From Patescibacteria group bacterium (lineage in GTDB: Bacteria > Patescibacteriota > Patescibacteriia > Magasanikbacterales > JBBTQS01), in contig JBBTQS010000001.1 in NCBI GenBank assembly GCA_038065555.1, positions 741 through 64,740 of the forward strand: DNA of 64,000 nt, given 5' to 3'. Under the pieces are notes generated by a model, which did no database searches, was not told the origin of the DNA, and saw only the letters and a program-made list of their open reading frames with translations. The position numbers were made by a program, and so were the translations under genes. Positions 55,070-63,032 of the stretch are shown here, one piece after another (position 1 is the first letter of the stretch; each line of letters begins with the position of its first letter).

Positions 55070-56668
55070 ATGTACCACCATCTGAAATCGCTTTTTGGGT
55101 CCACTCGTTTGGATCGCATTGCACTTGCGCTCATTGGCATCGCGTTTGCCATTCGTCTGATCATCGCTTGTTTGCCTGTTACAGCGCTTGCGGTGTGGTT
55201 TGTTCCTGACGATTCGTTCTATTATTTCAAAATCAGTCAGCATGTTGCGACTGGCGTTGGGTCGACATTTGATGGCGAACATCTGACCAACGGATACCAT
55301 CCGCTCTGGATGCTTATCGTCGCGGGCAGTATGGCAATCTTTGGCGGGCTTGGTGAAATGGCGCCAGTACATGCAGCACTCATTCTCAGCGCGATTCTCG
55401 ATACAGCTACGCTTGTGTTGGTGTATGCCATTGCGCGCAAGGTATTTGCGCATCCCGCGCCGCGAATTGCTGTGCTCGCTCTCGTAGCGCTGAGTCCGGT
55501 GCAAATTGGTTGGGCGGTGAATGGACTCGAGACGAGTCTTGCGGGATTGCTCGCTGTCACTCTTGCAGCATTCCCGATTTTTTATGGTGCTGGTCGCTGG
55601 CCGCTTCGCCGACTCATTATCTGGGGCGTACTTGGTGGCCTCATGATTCTTGCGCGTACTGATTACGGTCTCTATCCGTTTTTGCTCTCGACATGGTATC
55701 TGTGGCGCAACCGAACGGAATTCATGCGTACCGCGCTCGCACTCGCGCTTCCAGCAATTGCAGTTGTCCTTCCGTGGGTACTCTGGAGCTGGTCAGCTGT
55801 TGGAACACCTGTGCAGGAGAGTGGTCTTGCGCTGACACACACCAATCGCGAACTCTTCTTCTACAAGCCGCGTGACGTGGGGACACTCATTCTCTGGTCC
55901 ACATATCAGTTCTTGTTGGCGCTCAAGATGGCGATCGAACAGACAGGTGTCGCAGCCCTTACTATCGCCACAGCGCTCGTTGTTGCGGTGCGTGTGACTC
56001 TGCGTCGTGCGTATCTCTCACAGCTGCGTGCAGCAATTGCAACAGATACAGCGCAAGTTGCGTGGGTGATCGCTGGAGCATCGCTCTTACTCATCTTTGT
56101 GCACGGTGCACTACGTTGGACACCACGTGATTGGTACTTCATCGCGCCTGCGATACTCATGACATTTCTCATGGTTGCAGGATTGCGAAGTCTCTTGGAA
56201 TCAGCACCACGTCGCACACTTGCAATGCTCGGAGTGATTGCCGTTGCATTGTTCATACTCACCGCTGTCGAGATCTATCCCAAGCATCCCGCTGCCAGAG
56301 ACATGGTCGCAACTGCGTACTGGTTGCGTGAGCATACGCCAGCCGACGCACGCATCGCTGCATTTAACAGTGGCATCTACGGCTATCTTTCGCAGCGCTA
56401 TGTACTCAACAGCGATGGGCTCGTGAGTCACGACACATTCCGCGCGATTCGCAATCGTGAGTTACTCGCATTCTGGCAGCGCACAGGGATCACGCATTTC
56501 CTCGACTTCGATATTGCGCGCACCTATCGCTACCGCACATTCTTCGGTGTGCCAGAAATCGAGCGCTACCTCAATGAAGTGACAACGCGATCAGCACCTG
56601 ACAGCGGATATCATGGTTCACAATTGCGTCTTTACACTGTGGACTACGCGCCACCGATGATCCGTTGA
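55070..56668 (+). CDS. Large polytopic membrane protein, GT-C-like putative glycosyltransferase
   Basis: More than 10 TM helices. DDSFYYF loop motif near the N-terminus. The C-terminal soluble domain resembles the product of the window's first ORF. Confidence 0.7.
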   Translation: MYHHLKSLFGSTRLDRIALALIGIAFAIRLIIACLPVTALAVWFVPDDSFYYFKISQHVATGVGSTFDGEHLTNGYHPLWMLIVAGSMAIFGGLGEMAPVHAALILSAILDTATLVLVYAIARKVFAHPAPRIAVLALVALSPVQIGWAVNGLETSLAGLLAVTLAAFPIFYGAGRWPLRRLIIWGVLGGLMILARTDYGLYPFLLSTWYLWRNRTEFMRTALALALPAIAVVLPWVLWSWSAVGTPVQESGLALTHTNRELFFYKPRDVGTLILWSTYQFLLALKMAIEQTGVAALTIATALVVAVRVTLRRAYLSQLRAAIATDTAQVAWVIAGASLLLIFVHGALRWTPRDWYFIAPAILMTFLMVAGLRSLLESAPRRTLAMLGVIAVALFILTAVEIYPKHPAARDMVATAYWLREHTPADARIAAFNSGIYGYLSQRYVLNSDGLVSHDTFRAIRNRELLAFWQRTGITHFLDFDIARTYRYRTFFGVPEIERYLNEVTTRSAPDSGYHGSQLRLYTVDYAPPMIR

Positions 56669-56709
56669 CCCGTCCCAGACCTTCTGGTACGATTCGGGCA
56701 CACAAATAT

Positions 56710-57426
56710 ATGGAGAAGCTGGCTGTTTCGGTAATTGTTCCGGTAATGAATGAAACGATCTCGTTGCGCAAGACCGTCCGCATTCTTGTTGCCGAAAACG
56801 CTCCGTCTATTCACGAGATTCTCATTGCAGTCTCGCCCAAGTTCACCACACCAGAGAGTCGCGCCGTGATCAGTGATCTCCAGAAGGAGTATAAGCACAT
56901 CCGCGTTGTGGAGCAGCAAAAACCATATCTGGGCGGTGCACTCCAAGACACGTTCGAAGTGGCCACAGGAACGCATTTCCTCCTCATGGCATCAGACCTC
57001 GAAACCAATCCGTCGCACGTGAAGCATCTCATCGCACGCATGCGCACGGGGAACGTCGATATTGTCGCAACAACGCGTTGGTCCAAGCGCGGCGGGTTCC
57101 GTGGGTACAATCCTGTGAAGTGGCTGCTCAACTGGGTGTTCCAGAAGATGGTTGCTGTACTTTACGGCGCACGCCTGACTGATCTCACGTTTGGGTTCCG
57201 TCTCTATCGCCGTGAAGCCCTCCAGGGATTTCATTGGACTGAGTTGCGCCACCCATTCCTTCTCGAATGTATTCTCAAGCCGCTGCGCGCAGGATTCACG
57301 GTGACGGAGATTCCTAGTGACTGGACTGCGCGTACCGAAGGTGTTTCGCAGAACACGTTCCTTGCGAATTTTGCGTATGTGAAGACCGCGTGGCGCATCC
57401 GTTTCGCGCCGCGCAAATCAATATAA
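56710..57426 (+). CDS. Glycosyltransferase family 2 (polyprenol-phosphate sugar synthase-like)
   Basis: VSVIVPVMNE start and DLET (DxD-like) motif. DPM1-like length. Confidence 0.8.
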   Translation: MEKLAVSVIVPVMNETISLRKTVRILVAENAPSIHEILIAVSPKFTTPESRAVISDLQKEYKHIRVVEQQKPYLGGALQDTFEVATGTHFLLMASDLETNPSHVKHLIARMRTGNVDIVATTRWSKRGGFRGYNPVKWLLNWVFQKMVAVLYGARLTDLTFGFRLYRREALQGFHWTELRHPFLLECILKPLRAGFTVTEIPSDWTARTEGVSQNTFLANFAYVKTAWRIRFAPRKSI

Positions 57427-57429
57427 TGT

Positions 57430-58482
57430 ATGGACAAGAAGCCAGCACTCGTTACCGGTGGATGCGGATTTGTAGGACGACACCTCGTTCGCGCGCTTTT
57501 GGAGCGTGGCGATTCGATTTATATTATTGATAACCTCTCCACGGGCAAGCATCCAGATCAGTGGCTCGGTGGTGACAAGTTGTCTGATGCCGATGGACGA
57601 CTTGAGTATCGCGTAGGGGAACAGACAGTGACGTTCATTCGCGCTGATCTCTTGTCTTACTTGCATGCGCGTGTTGACGGCGGTGTTGTGGATGAGCTGC
57701 CAGCATTTGGCGATGTGTTCCATCTCGCATCTATTGTTGGTGGTCGCGCGCTGATCGATGGTGATCCGATGCGTGTGGCAACAGATCTCGGTATCGACGC
57801 GATCTTCTTCCTCTGGGCAACGCGTCGCAAGGACAAGATTGACCGATTGCTTTACGCGAGCTCGAGCGCTGCATATCCAACACAGCTCCAAGCCGAAGGA
57901 AATGTCATCAGACTCCAGGAGCCGATGATTACATTTGATGGTACGACGCTCGGTCAGCCAGATATGACATACGGTTGGAGCAAACTCACCGGCGAATACC
58001 TCGCCACCATCGCCGCGCGCCAGTACGGCATGTCTGTTGCATGTGTGCGACCATTTTCCGGCTACGGCGAAGATCAGGACCCGAGCTACCCAGTTCCAGC
58101 TATTGCGCTGCGTGTTGCGCGCCGCGAGAATCCAATGACCGTGTGGGGGACAGGCGAGCAAGGCCGCGACTTCATCCACATTGATGACTGCGTTGCTTTC
58201 ATGCTCTACATTCTCGATCACGTGCATGATGGTCGTGGAGTGAATATCGGCACTGGTGTGCTCACGAGCTTCAATCAGCTCATCGCGCTCCTCTCGCGCA
58301 TCGAGGGTTACTCTGCAGAGATCCAGCAACTGCTCGACAAGCCAGTCGGCGTGCACAATCGTGTGTGCGATCCAGTAGTCATGCAGTGGCTCGGCTGGAA
58401 ACCAAAAATTACTATCGAAGAAGGAATGCGTCGCGTGCTTGCACATGCGCATGTTCGAATTACTGACATCAACGCACTATGA
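57430..58482 (+). CDS. NAD-dependent epimerase/dehydratase (UDP-sugar decarboxylase/dehydratase-like)
   Basis: LVTGGCGFVGRHLVRAL; YGWSKLTGE (YxxxK). Confidence 0.8.
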   Translation: MDKKPALVTGGCGFVGRHLVRALLERGDSIYIIDNLSTGKHPDQWLGGDKLSDADGRLEYRVGEQTVTFIRADLLSYLHARVDGGVVDELPAFGDVFHLASIVGGRALIDGDPMRVATDLGIDAIFFLWATRRKDKIDRLLYASSSAAYPTQLQAEGNVIRLQEPMITFDGTTLGQPDMTYGWSKLTGEYLATIAARQYGMSVACVRPFSGYGEDQDPSYPVPAIALRVARRENPMTVWGTGEQGRDFIHIDDCVAFMLYILDHVHDGRGVNIGTGVLTSFNQLIALLSRIEGYSAEIQQLLDKPVGVHNRVCDPVVMQWLGWKPKITIEEGMRRVLAHAHVRITDINAL

Positions 58483-59585
58483 TCACCCGCAAGATCGCAC
58501 TCATTACTACGACCATTAATGTTCCGAAGTTGCTCAGCGAGTATTGCGCCCAAGCACGTGCTGTTGGACTTACGGATTTCACGGTCATTGTCATTGGCGA
58601 CCGCAAGACACCACCGGAGGCTGCGACATTTTGTGCTGAGCTCGCGACACTGACGAGTTACACCGTTGAGTACTTTGATTGCGATCGCCAGATGGAGTAC
58701 CTCGCTGCAGTTCCACGACTTCGCGATCATCTCACGTGGAACTCGATCCAGCGCCGCAATATCGGCATCTTGCGCGCGTATGAACTCGGCGCCGAGATCG
58801 TGATTACGATCGACGACGACAACTTCATTGCCGAGGATAATTACTTCTCTCACTACGCACAACTCGGAGAACAGATCGAACTTGAGCAGGTGAGCAGTGA
58901 GTCTGGTTGGTTCAATGTGTGCAGCACGCTTGCTGCCCGTCAGAACTCGTACTTCTATCACCGCGGCTATTCTCCAGCTCACCGCACGACCGCAGATATT
59001 CCAACGACGTGGTCAAAGGCTACAACAACACCAGTTGTAATTGCTGGATTCTGGCTCGATGATCCAGATATCGATGCAGTGCAGCGACTCACAAGTCCGA
59101 TCGAGGTCACGGCGTACAATCGTGCAGAGAATTTCGCGCTTGCGTCTGGGACATGGTCGCCATTCAACTCCCAGAACACCGCGCTCCATCGCAGTATCAT
59201 CCCTGCGTATTTCCTCAGTCCGTACATGGGCCGCTACGATGATATCTGGGCAAGCTATTTGATTCGCGCGATCACGGATCATCTCGGCCACTCGATTTCC
59301 TTCGGCCACCCAATGGTCCGCCAGGTTCGCAACCCGCACAACTACTTCAAAGATTTCGAAGCAGAACGTCTCGGCATGCAAATGACCGATCGCGTCTGCG
59401 ATCGCCTGCGCAAGATCGCATTCACGGGCACAGACTACACCACGTGCATGCGCGAGGTCATCACTGCAATGGACGCCTGGATCGCCGAGGAAGGTGTCTG
59501 GACCGAAGTCGAGCTCGAGTGCCTCAAGAAATGGCGCGAAGGCTGCGACATCTGGGCCGAATCCATCGCACACTTCACACGCTAG
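58479..59585 (+). CDS. Reversibly-glycosylated-polypeptide (GT75) / UDP-arabinopyranose-mutase-like protein
   Basis: VITIDDDNFIAED...HRGYSPAHR...IAGFWLDDPDIDAVQRL aligns by eye with the plant RGP/UAM core (FTIDDDCFVAKD..VRGYPFSLR..HGLWLNIPDYDA). Confidence 0.55.
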   Translation: MITRKIALITTTINVPKLLSEYCAQARAVGLTDFTVIVIGDRKTPPEAATFCAELATLTSYTVEYFDCDRQMEYLAAVPRLRDHLTWNSIQRRNIGILRAYELGAEIVITIDDDNFIAEDNYFSHYAQLGEQIELEQVSSESGWFNVCSTLAARQNSYFYHRGYSPAHRTTADIPTTWSKATTTPVVIAGFWLDDPDIDAVQRLTSPIEVTAYNRAENFALASGTWSPFNSQNTALHRSIIPAYFLSPYMGRYDDIWASYLIRAITDHLGHSISFGHPMVRQVRNPHNYFKDFEAERLGMQMTDRVCDRLRKIAFTGTDYTTCMREVITAMDAWIAEEGVWTEVELECLKKWREGCDIWAESIAHFTR

Positions 59586-59599
59586 TACTATCTATAAAA

Positions 59600-59652
59600 A
59601 CACAATGCCCCGGTCGCAGCTCCTCGTTCTGAGAAGTCTGCGCCGGGGCGTT
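59600..59652. terminator. Bidirectional intrinsic terminator between convergent genes
   Basis: GCCCCGGTCGCAG..CTGCGCCGGGGC hairpin with T/GT-rich tracts on both strands. Confidence 0.55.
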
Positions 59653-59677
59653 GTTGTTGGGGAGCCGAAGCTCGTGA

Positions 59678-60559
59678 TCAGCGAGGTCTTTGGTACCTTG
59701 TGATCATCGGAGCTCGGTCTCGCCAGAGTTCGTCAGAGCACGCTTGGTCCTTTTCCAGTGACTGGATCGCCAGGACCTTCCACTCGGACCATGAGTGTGG
59801 CTCTGTGGGGTCTGGCGCATCTGACTCCTCTGCATCGTGGACCATGTCTGCGACGTTGCGCAATGCTTCTGATCCGAGGTTGTACCGGCATGCGATGAGT
59901 GCGGCACGTGCGTACTGCCGGTTTTCGACGAGGATCTGGTAGAAGGTGAGCGCGAAGAGACGGTTGTGGACGGTGGATAGTCCTGAGCGGTGCTCAATCC
60001 ACGCGAGCTGTTCTGCCTGTATGTACAGGACCGAACCAGGTGTAGTCTCGGGAGCGAGTTTGCTCAAGTCCTCCCTGAACCACGCGTTCGATCTCACGTA
60101 CTCGATGAGCTTTTCGCCAGCTTTCACTCGAGCTCGAGCATTCTTTGTGTCGAAGTGTTCGGTGTGCTCGAGTGTGTAGAGGAGCGCAAAGAGCGCGCCG
60201 ATGTGCAGTCGAATCATGGTGACAGTGTCGTCTGCACCAGATCGCACATCCTCGACAGATGGTTCGTCAGCTCGCTTGTTGTGCGGGTTGTGTACCCACG
60301 TGGGCATCTTCAGGCGACGTTGGCTACAGCGCACGATGTAGCGGCAGGTGTACGCGAACTTCTGCTCCCAGTACGCCGCAGCATCCTCCTTGCCGAGCTT
60401 CTCGCCCAGCGACCAGTGCAGCGCGATCGATTCGAGGTCACCCTCGAGTAACCGTTCGAACTCCCGATCGTGTGGGTGCAGGATCGTGGTCTGGGCGCTC
60501 GCGGTGTTACTGAGCAACACTGCGAGGACACTCACGACCATCAACATCTTTTTTCGCAT
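59678..60559 (-). CDS. Secreted hypothetical protein (signal peptide MRKKMLMVVSVLAVLLSNTASA|QT)
   Basis: Strong promoter and SD upstream. Predicted all-alpha. No known motif. Confidence 0.7.
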   Translation of the reverse strand: MRKKMLMVVSVLAVLLSNTASAQTTILHPHDREFERLLEGDLESIALHWSLGEKLGKEDAAAYWEQKFAYTCRYIVRCSQRRLKMPTWVHNPHNKRADEPSVEDVRSGADDTVTMIRLHIGALFALLYTLEHTEHFDTKNARARVKAGEKLIEYVRSNAWFREDLSKLAPETTPGSVLYIQAEQLAWIEHRSGLSTVHNRLFALTFYQILVENRQYARAALIACRYNLGSEALRNVADMVHDAEESDAPDPTEPHSWSEWKVLAIQSLEKDQACSDELWRDRAPMITRYQRPR

Positions 60560-60632
60560 TTGTGATCTCCATTGTGATGAACGAAATCGCGCAACATGCG
60601 CGACGGTAGAACCCCATACCAGGGGACGGACT

Positions 60633-60661
60633 AGCATATACCGATCCGCCAGAAATGTCAA
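60633..60661 (-). promoter_or_regulatory. Sigma70 promoter TTGACA-N17-TATGCT (minus strand)
   Basis: Reverse complement of 60633-60661. A GGAGAT SD lies 8 nt before ATG 60559. Confidence 0.45.
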
Positions 60662-60672
60662 GGTAACAAACA

Positions 60673-60707
60673 ACGACACACCTTGAGTTATTCAGTGTGT
60701 GTCGTTG
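60673..60707 (-). terminator. Hairpin terminator candidate downstream of the 60730..61332 gene
   Basis: ACGACACAC..GTGTGTGTCGT inverted repeat followed (minus strand) by a T-rich tract. Confidence 0.35.
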
Positions 60708-60729
60708 AGAGTTTTCATCGTGCGTATTG

Positions 60730-61332
60730 CTACGCGCCTCCTTTCCAGACGTTGGGCATTTGATTCGCAGGATCTGCGAAATAGCGCGAGACCCATCCAG
60801 GCGGTGGCATCTCGTCGTTGAGTCGTGCTGCGAGATGCTCGTACGCATCTGCGCCACTGCCGAATGTTGGACTGTCGAGTTCGCGTAGATACGCCGCCGC
60901 TTGCTCGTGTGTGATGAGATTGTTCTTGAGCGCGATCCAGACTGCGTGGAGTACGTCGTACTCTTCCCACCAGCCAGAGACTGCGAGTCCGTGCAACAGC
61001 TCCTTGAGCCTGATTGCGCCGGCAAAGCGTCCTCGATCTGGGTCGCGACTTTGTGCACTGCTGTTGTGATCGAGGCGTACCATGCGCTCGAGTTTCTCGA
61101 TGCTGTACTGCTCACACTTGGGTGCCATTTCGAACGGCATGTTCACGATGGTGAGCCCGCCGTGCACTTTTGGATACCCAGGTCCTGGAGCAAACAGTGC
61201 GAGTCGGACTACGCACCCGGTTTGGATGCGATTGGGATTGAGTTCGTTCAGGTACTTGATGAGTTTGGGGACGGAGCTTTTGATCGTTGAGGCCAGAGTC
61301 CACAATTCATCTGCGGTTTTGATGAGGAACAT
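60730..61332 (-). CDS. Hypothetical cytoplasmic protein (201 aa)
   Basis: ATG at 61332 with GGAGG 7-8 nt upstream. No recognisable motif. Confidence 0.65.
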   Translation of the reverse strand: MFLIKTADELWTLASTIKSSVPKLIKYLNELNPNRIQTGCVVRLALFAPGPGYPKVHGGLTIVNMPFEMAPKCEQYSIEKLERMVRLDHNSSAQSRDPDRGRFAGAIRLKELLHGLAVSGWWEEYDVLHAVWIALKNNLITHEQAAAYLRELDSPTFGSGADAYEHLAARLNDEMPPPGWVSRYFADPANQMPNVWKGGA

Positions 61333-61393
61333 CTCGCTACCTCCTTGGCGAATCGCCATGTGAGACTACAGGCATCCTAGCAGTCTCGAGCCC

Positions 61394-61422
61394 ATTGTCA
61401 ACAAGGTTCTGATCTGCTATTC
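61394..61422 (+). promoter_or_regulatory. Promoter candidate TTGTCA-N17-TATTCT
   Basis: Seen directly upstream of the ABC-F gene. Confidence 0.3.
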
Positions 61423-61446
61423 TTGTGTCACTTTGTTCACAACACT

Positions 61447-62943
61447 ATGGCTACAGAAAACCACGGCAACGTCATCATCCGGTTCGACAACGTGAACTTC
61501 GCGTATACAGAAGATCGCCCCATTCTCGAAGAGGCGAATGCTTCGGTGCGCGAAAATGCAAAAGTCACCGTTATCGGTCAGAACGGCGCCGGCAAATCGA
61601 CGATTTTCAAAATGCTCATGCACGCGGCGCATCCTGAGACATACACCGAGTATGTACCGCAGCAAGGTGCGGTGAACGTCCGTCAGGGAGCAAGTCTCGC
61701 CATGGCTGAACAGGTGATGCGTCCAGAGTTCCTCGATCTCACGATTCTCGAATACTTTGCAACGGCGTTCAAGGAACAGAAGTACAACCTGCCCAAGCTC
61801 GCGCAAGAGGTGATGGATGTAGTGCATCTCGATCTTCCACAAGATCGCGTGATTCGTGCGCTCTCTGGTGGCCAGCAAGCGCGCGTGCTCCTGGCGTATG
61901 CACTCATCCAGAAGCCAGACATTCTCCTCCTGGACGAGCCTACCAACAACCTCGACGCTGAGGGCATCGGCAACCTCACCATGTTCCTCATCTTGTACGA
62001 CAAGACGGTACTCGTTATTTCGCACGACTCCGAATTCCTCAACTCGTTCACAGACGGCGTGTTGCAGCTCGACGTGCGCACACAGAAGCTCGAGCAGTAT
62101 GTTGGTAACTACAACGATGTAACCGAGCAGATCGCTGCACAGATCGAACGCGAAGAACATAAGAACGCACAGCTGCGCAAGAATATCCAAGACCGCAAAG
62201 ACAAGGTCAACTTCTTTGCCAACAAAGGAGGTAAGATGCGCAAGCTCGCCAGCAAACTCCGCGAAGAAATCGAAGAAGACGAAGAGAATGTGATTGATGT
62301 GAAGCGTGATGACCGCACGATGCGTGAGTTCACGATTCCATCACAGTCTTGGTCTGCGCCTATTGCGACCATCACGAGCCTCGGCATCATGGTCAACGGT
62401 GCACCACAACAGCGACCAGTAGATATCAAGCTCTGGCGTCGCGATCGTCTCCAGATTGTCGGACCAAATGGTATCGGCAAATCCACACTCCTCACCACAC
62501 TCGCATCTGGCCACGCCGAAGGATGTCAGATTGATCCAGAAGTGCGCGTAGGATTCTATCGTCAAGATTTTTCTGGACTGGATTACAATCAGACAGTGTA
62601 TGAGTCACTTGTGAAAGTACTGGGTAACGTAGGGGAGCCTGATCCGAAATTGATTTACGGCACCGCAGCGCAGTTCCTCCTCCCATCGTGGCTTCTCCAG
62701 AATCGCGTGGGCACACTTTCCGAAGGACAGAAGGGTTTGCTCTGCTACGCACGATTCGTACTCCAAGAACCAGGCTTGCTCATTCTCGACGAGCCTACCA
62801 ACCACATCAACTTCCGTCATTTGCCTGTCATTGCAAAAGCGATCGAAGAATTCCAGGGTGCAATTATTCTCGTGTCGCACATGCCTGAATTTGTATCGCA
62901 GATCAAGTTCACGCAGACACTCGATCTCGAACGGTTGATCTAA
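61447..62943 (+). CDS. ABC-F family ATPase (two tandem ABC domains, no TM domain)
   Basis: Walker A GQNGAGKST and GPNGIGKST; signatures LSGGQQARV and LSEGQKGLL; inter-domain linker with a charged coiled coil. Confidence 0.85.
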   Translation: MATENHGNVIIRFDNVNFAYTEDRPILEEANASVRENAKVTVIGQNGAGKSTIFKMLMHAAHPETYTEYVPQQGAVNVRQGASLAMAEQVMRPEFLDLTILEYFATAFKEQKYNLPKLAQEVMDVVHLDLPQDRVIRALSGGQQARVLLAYALIQKPDILLLDEPTNNLDAEGIGNLTMFLILYDKTVLVISHDSEFLNSFTDGVLQLDVRTQKLEQYVGNYNDVTEQIAAQIEREEHKNAQLRKNIQDRKDKVNFFANKGGKMRKLASKLREEIEEDEENVIDVKRDDRTMREFTIPSQSWSAPIATITSLGIMVNGAPQQRPVDIKLWRRDRLQIVGPNGIGKSTLLTTLASGHAEGCQIDPEVRVGFYRQDFSGLDYNQTVYESLVKVLGNVGEPDPKLIYGTAAQFLLPSWLLQNRVGTLSEGQKGLLCYARFVLQEPGLLILDEPTNHINFRHLPVIAKAIEEFQGAIILVSHMPEFVSQIKFTQTLDLERLI

Positions 62944-62975
62944 GGGCGCGTCTCAATAATGAAATAAAAAAGCGA

Positions 62976-63027
62976 AGAGGGCGGTCGACGGTGCACACGT
63001 GATGTGTGTTCCGTCGCCGCCCTCTCG
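62976..63027 (-). terminator. Intrinsic terminator for the minus-strand lipoprotein gene (stem shared by convergent genes)
   Basis: GAAGAGGGCGGTCGACGG..CCGTCGCCGCCCTCTC hairpin. An A-run on the plus strand gives a T-run on the minus strand. Confidence 0.5.
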
Positions 63028-63032
63028 TTGGT

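Noticed and set aside
57418-58452. 344-aa minus-strand ORF opposite the epimerase gene
   Set aside because: It is antisense to an SDR gene with a GxxGxxG Rossmann start and YxxxK. It is a shadow ORF.
61417-62190. 257-aa minus-strand ORF opposite the ABC-F gene
   Set aside because: It is antisense to a gene with two Walker A boxes and two ABC signatures.
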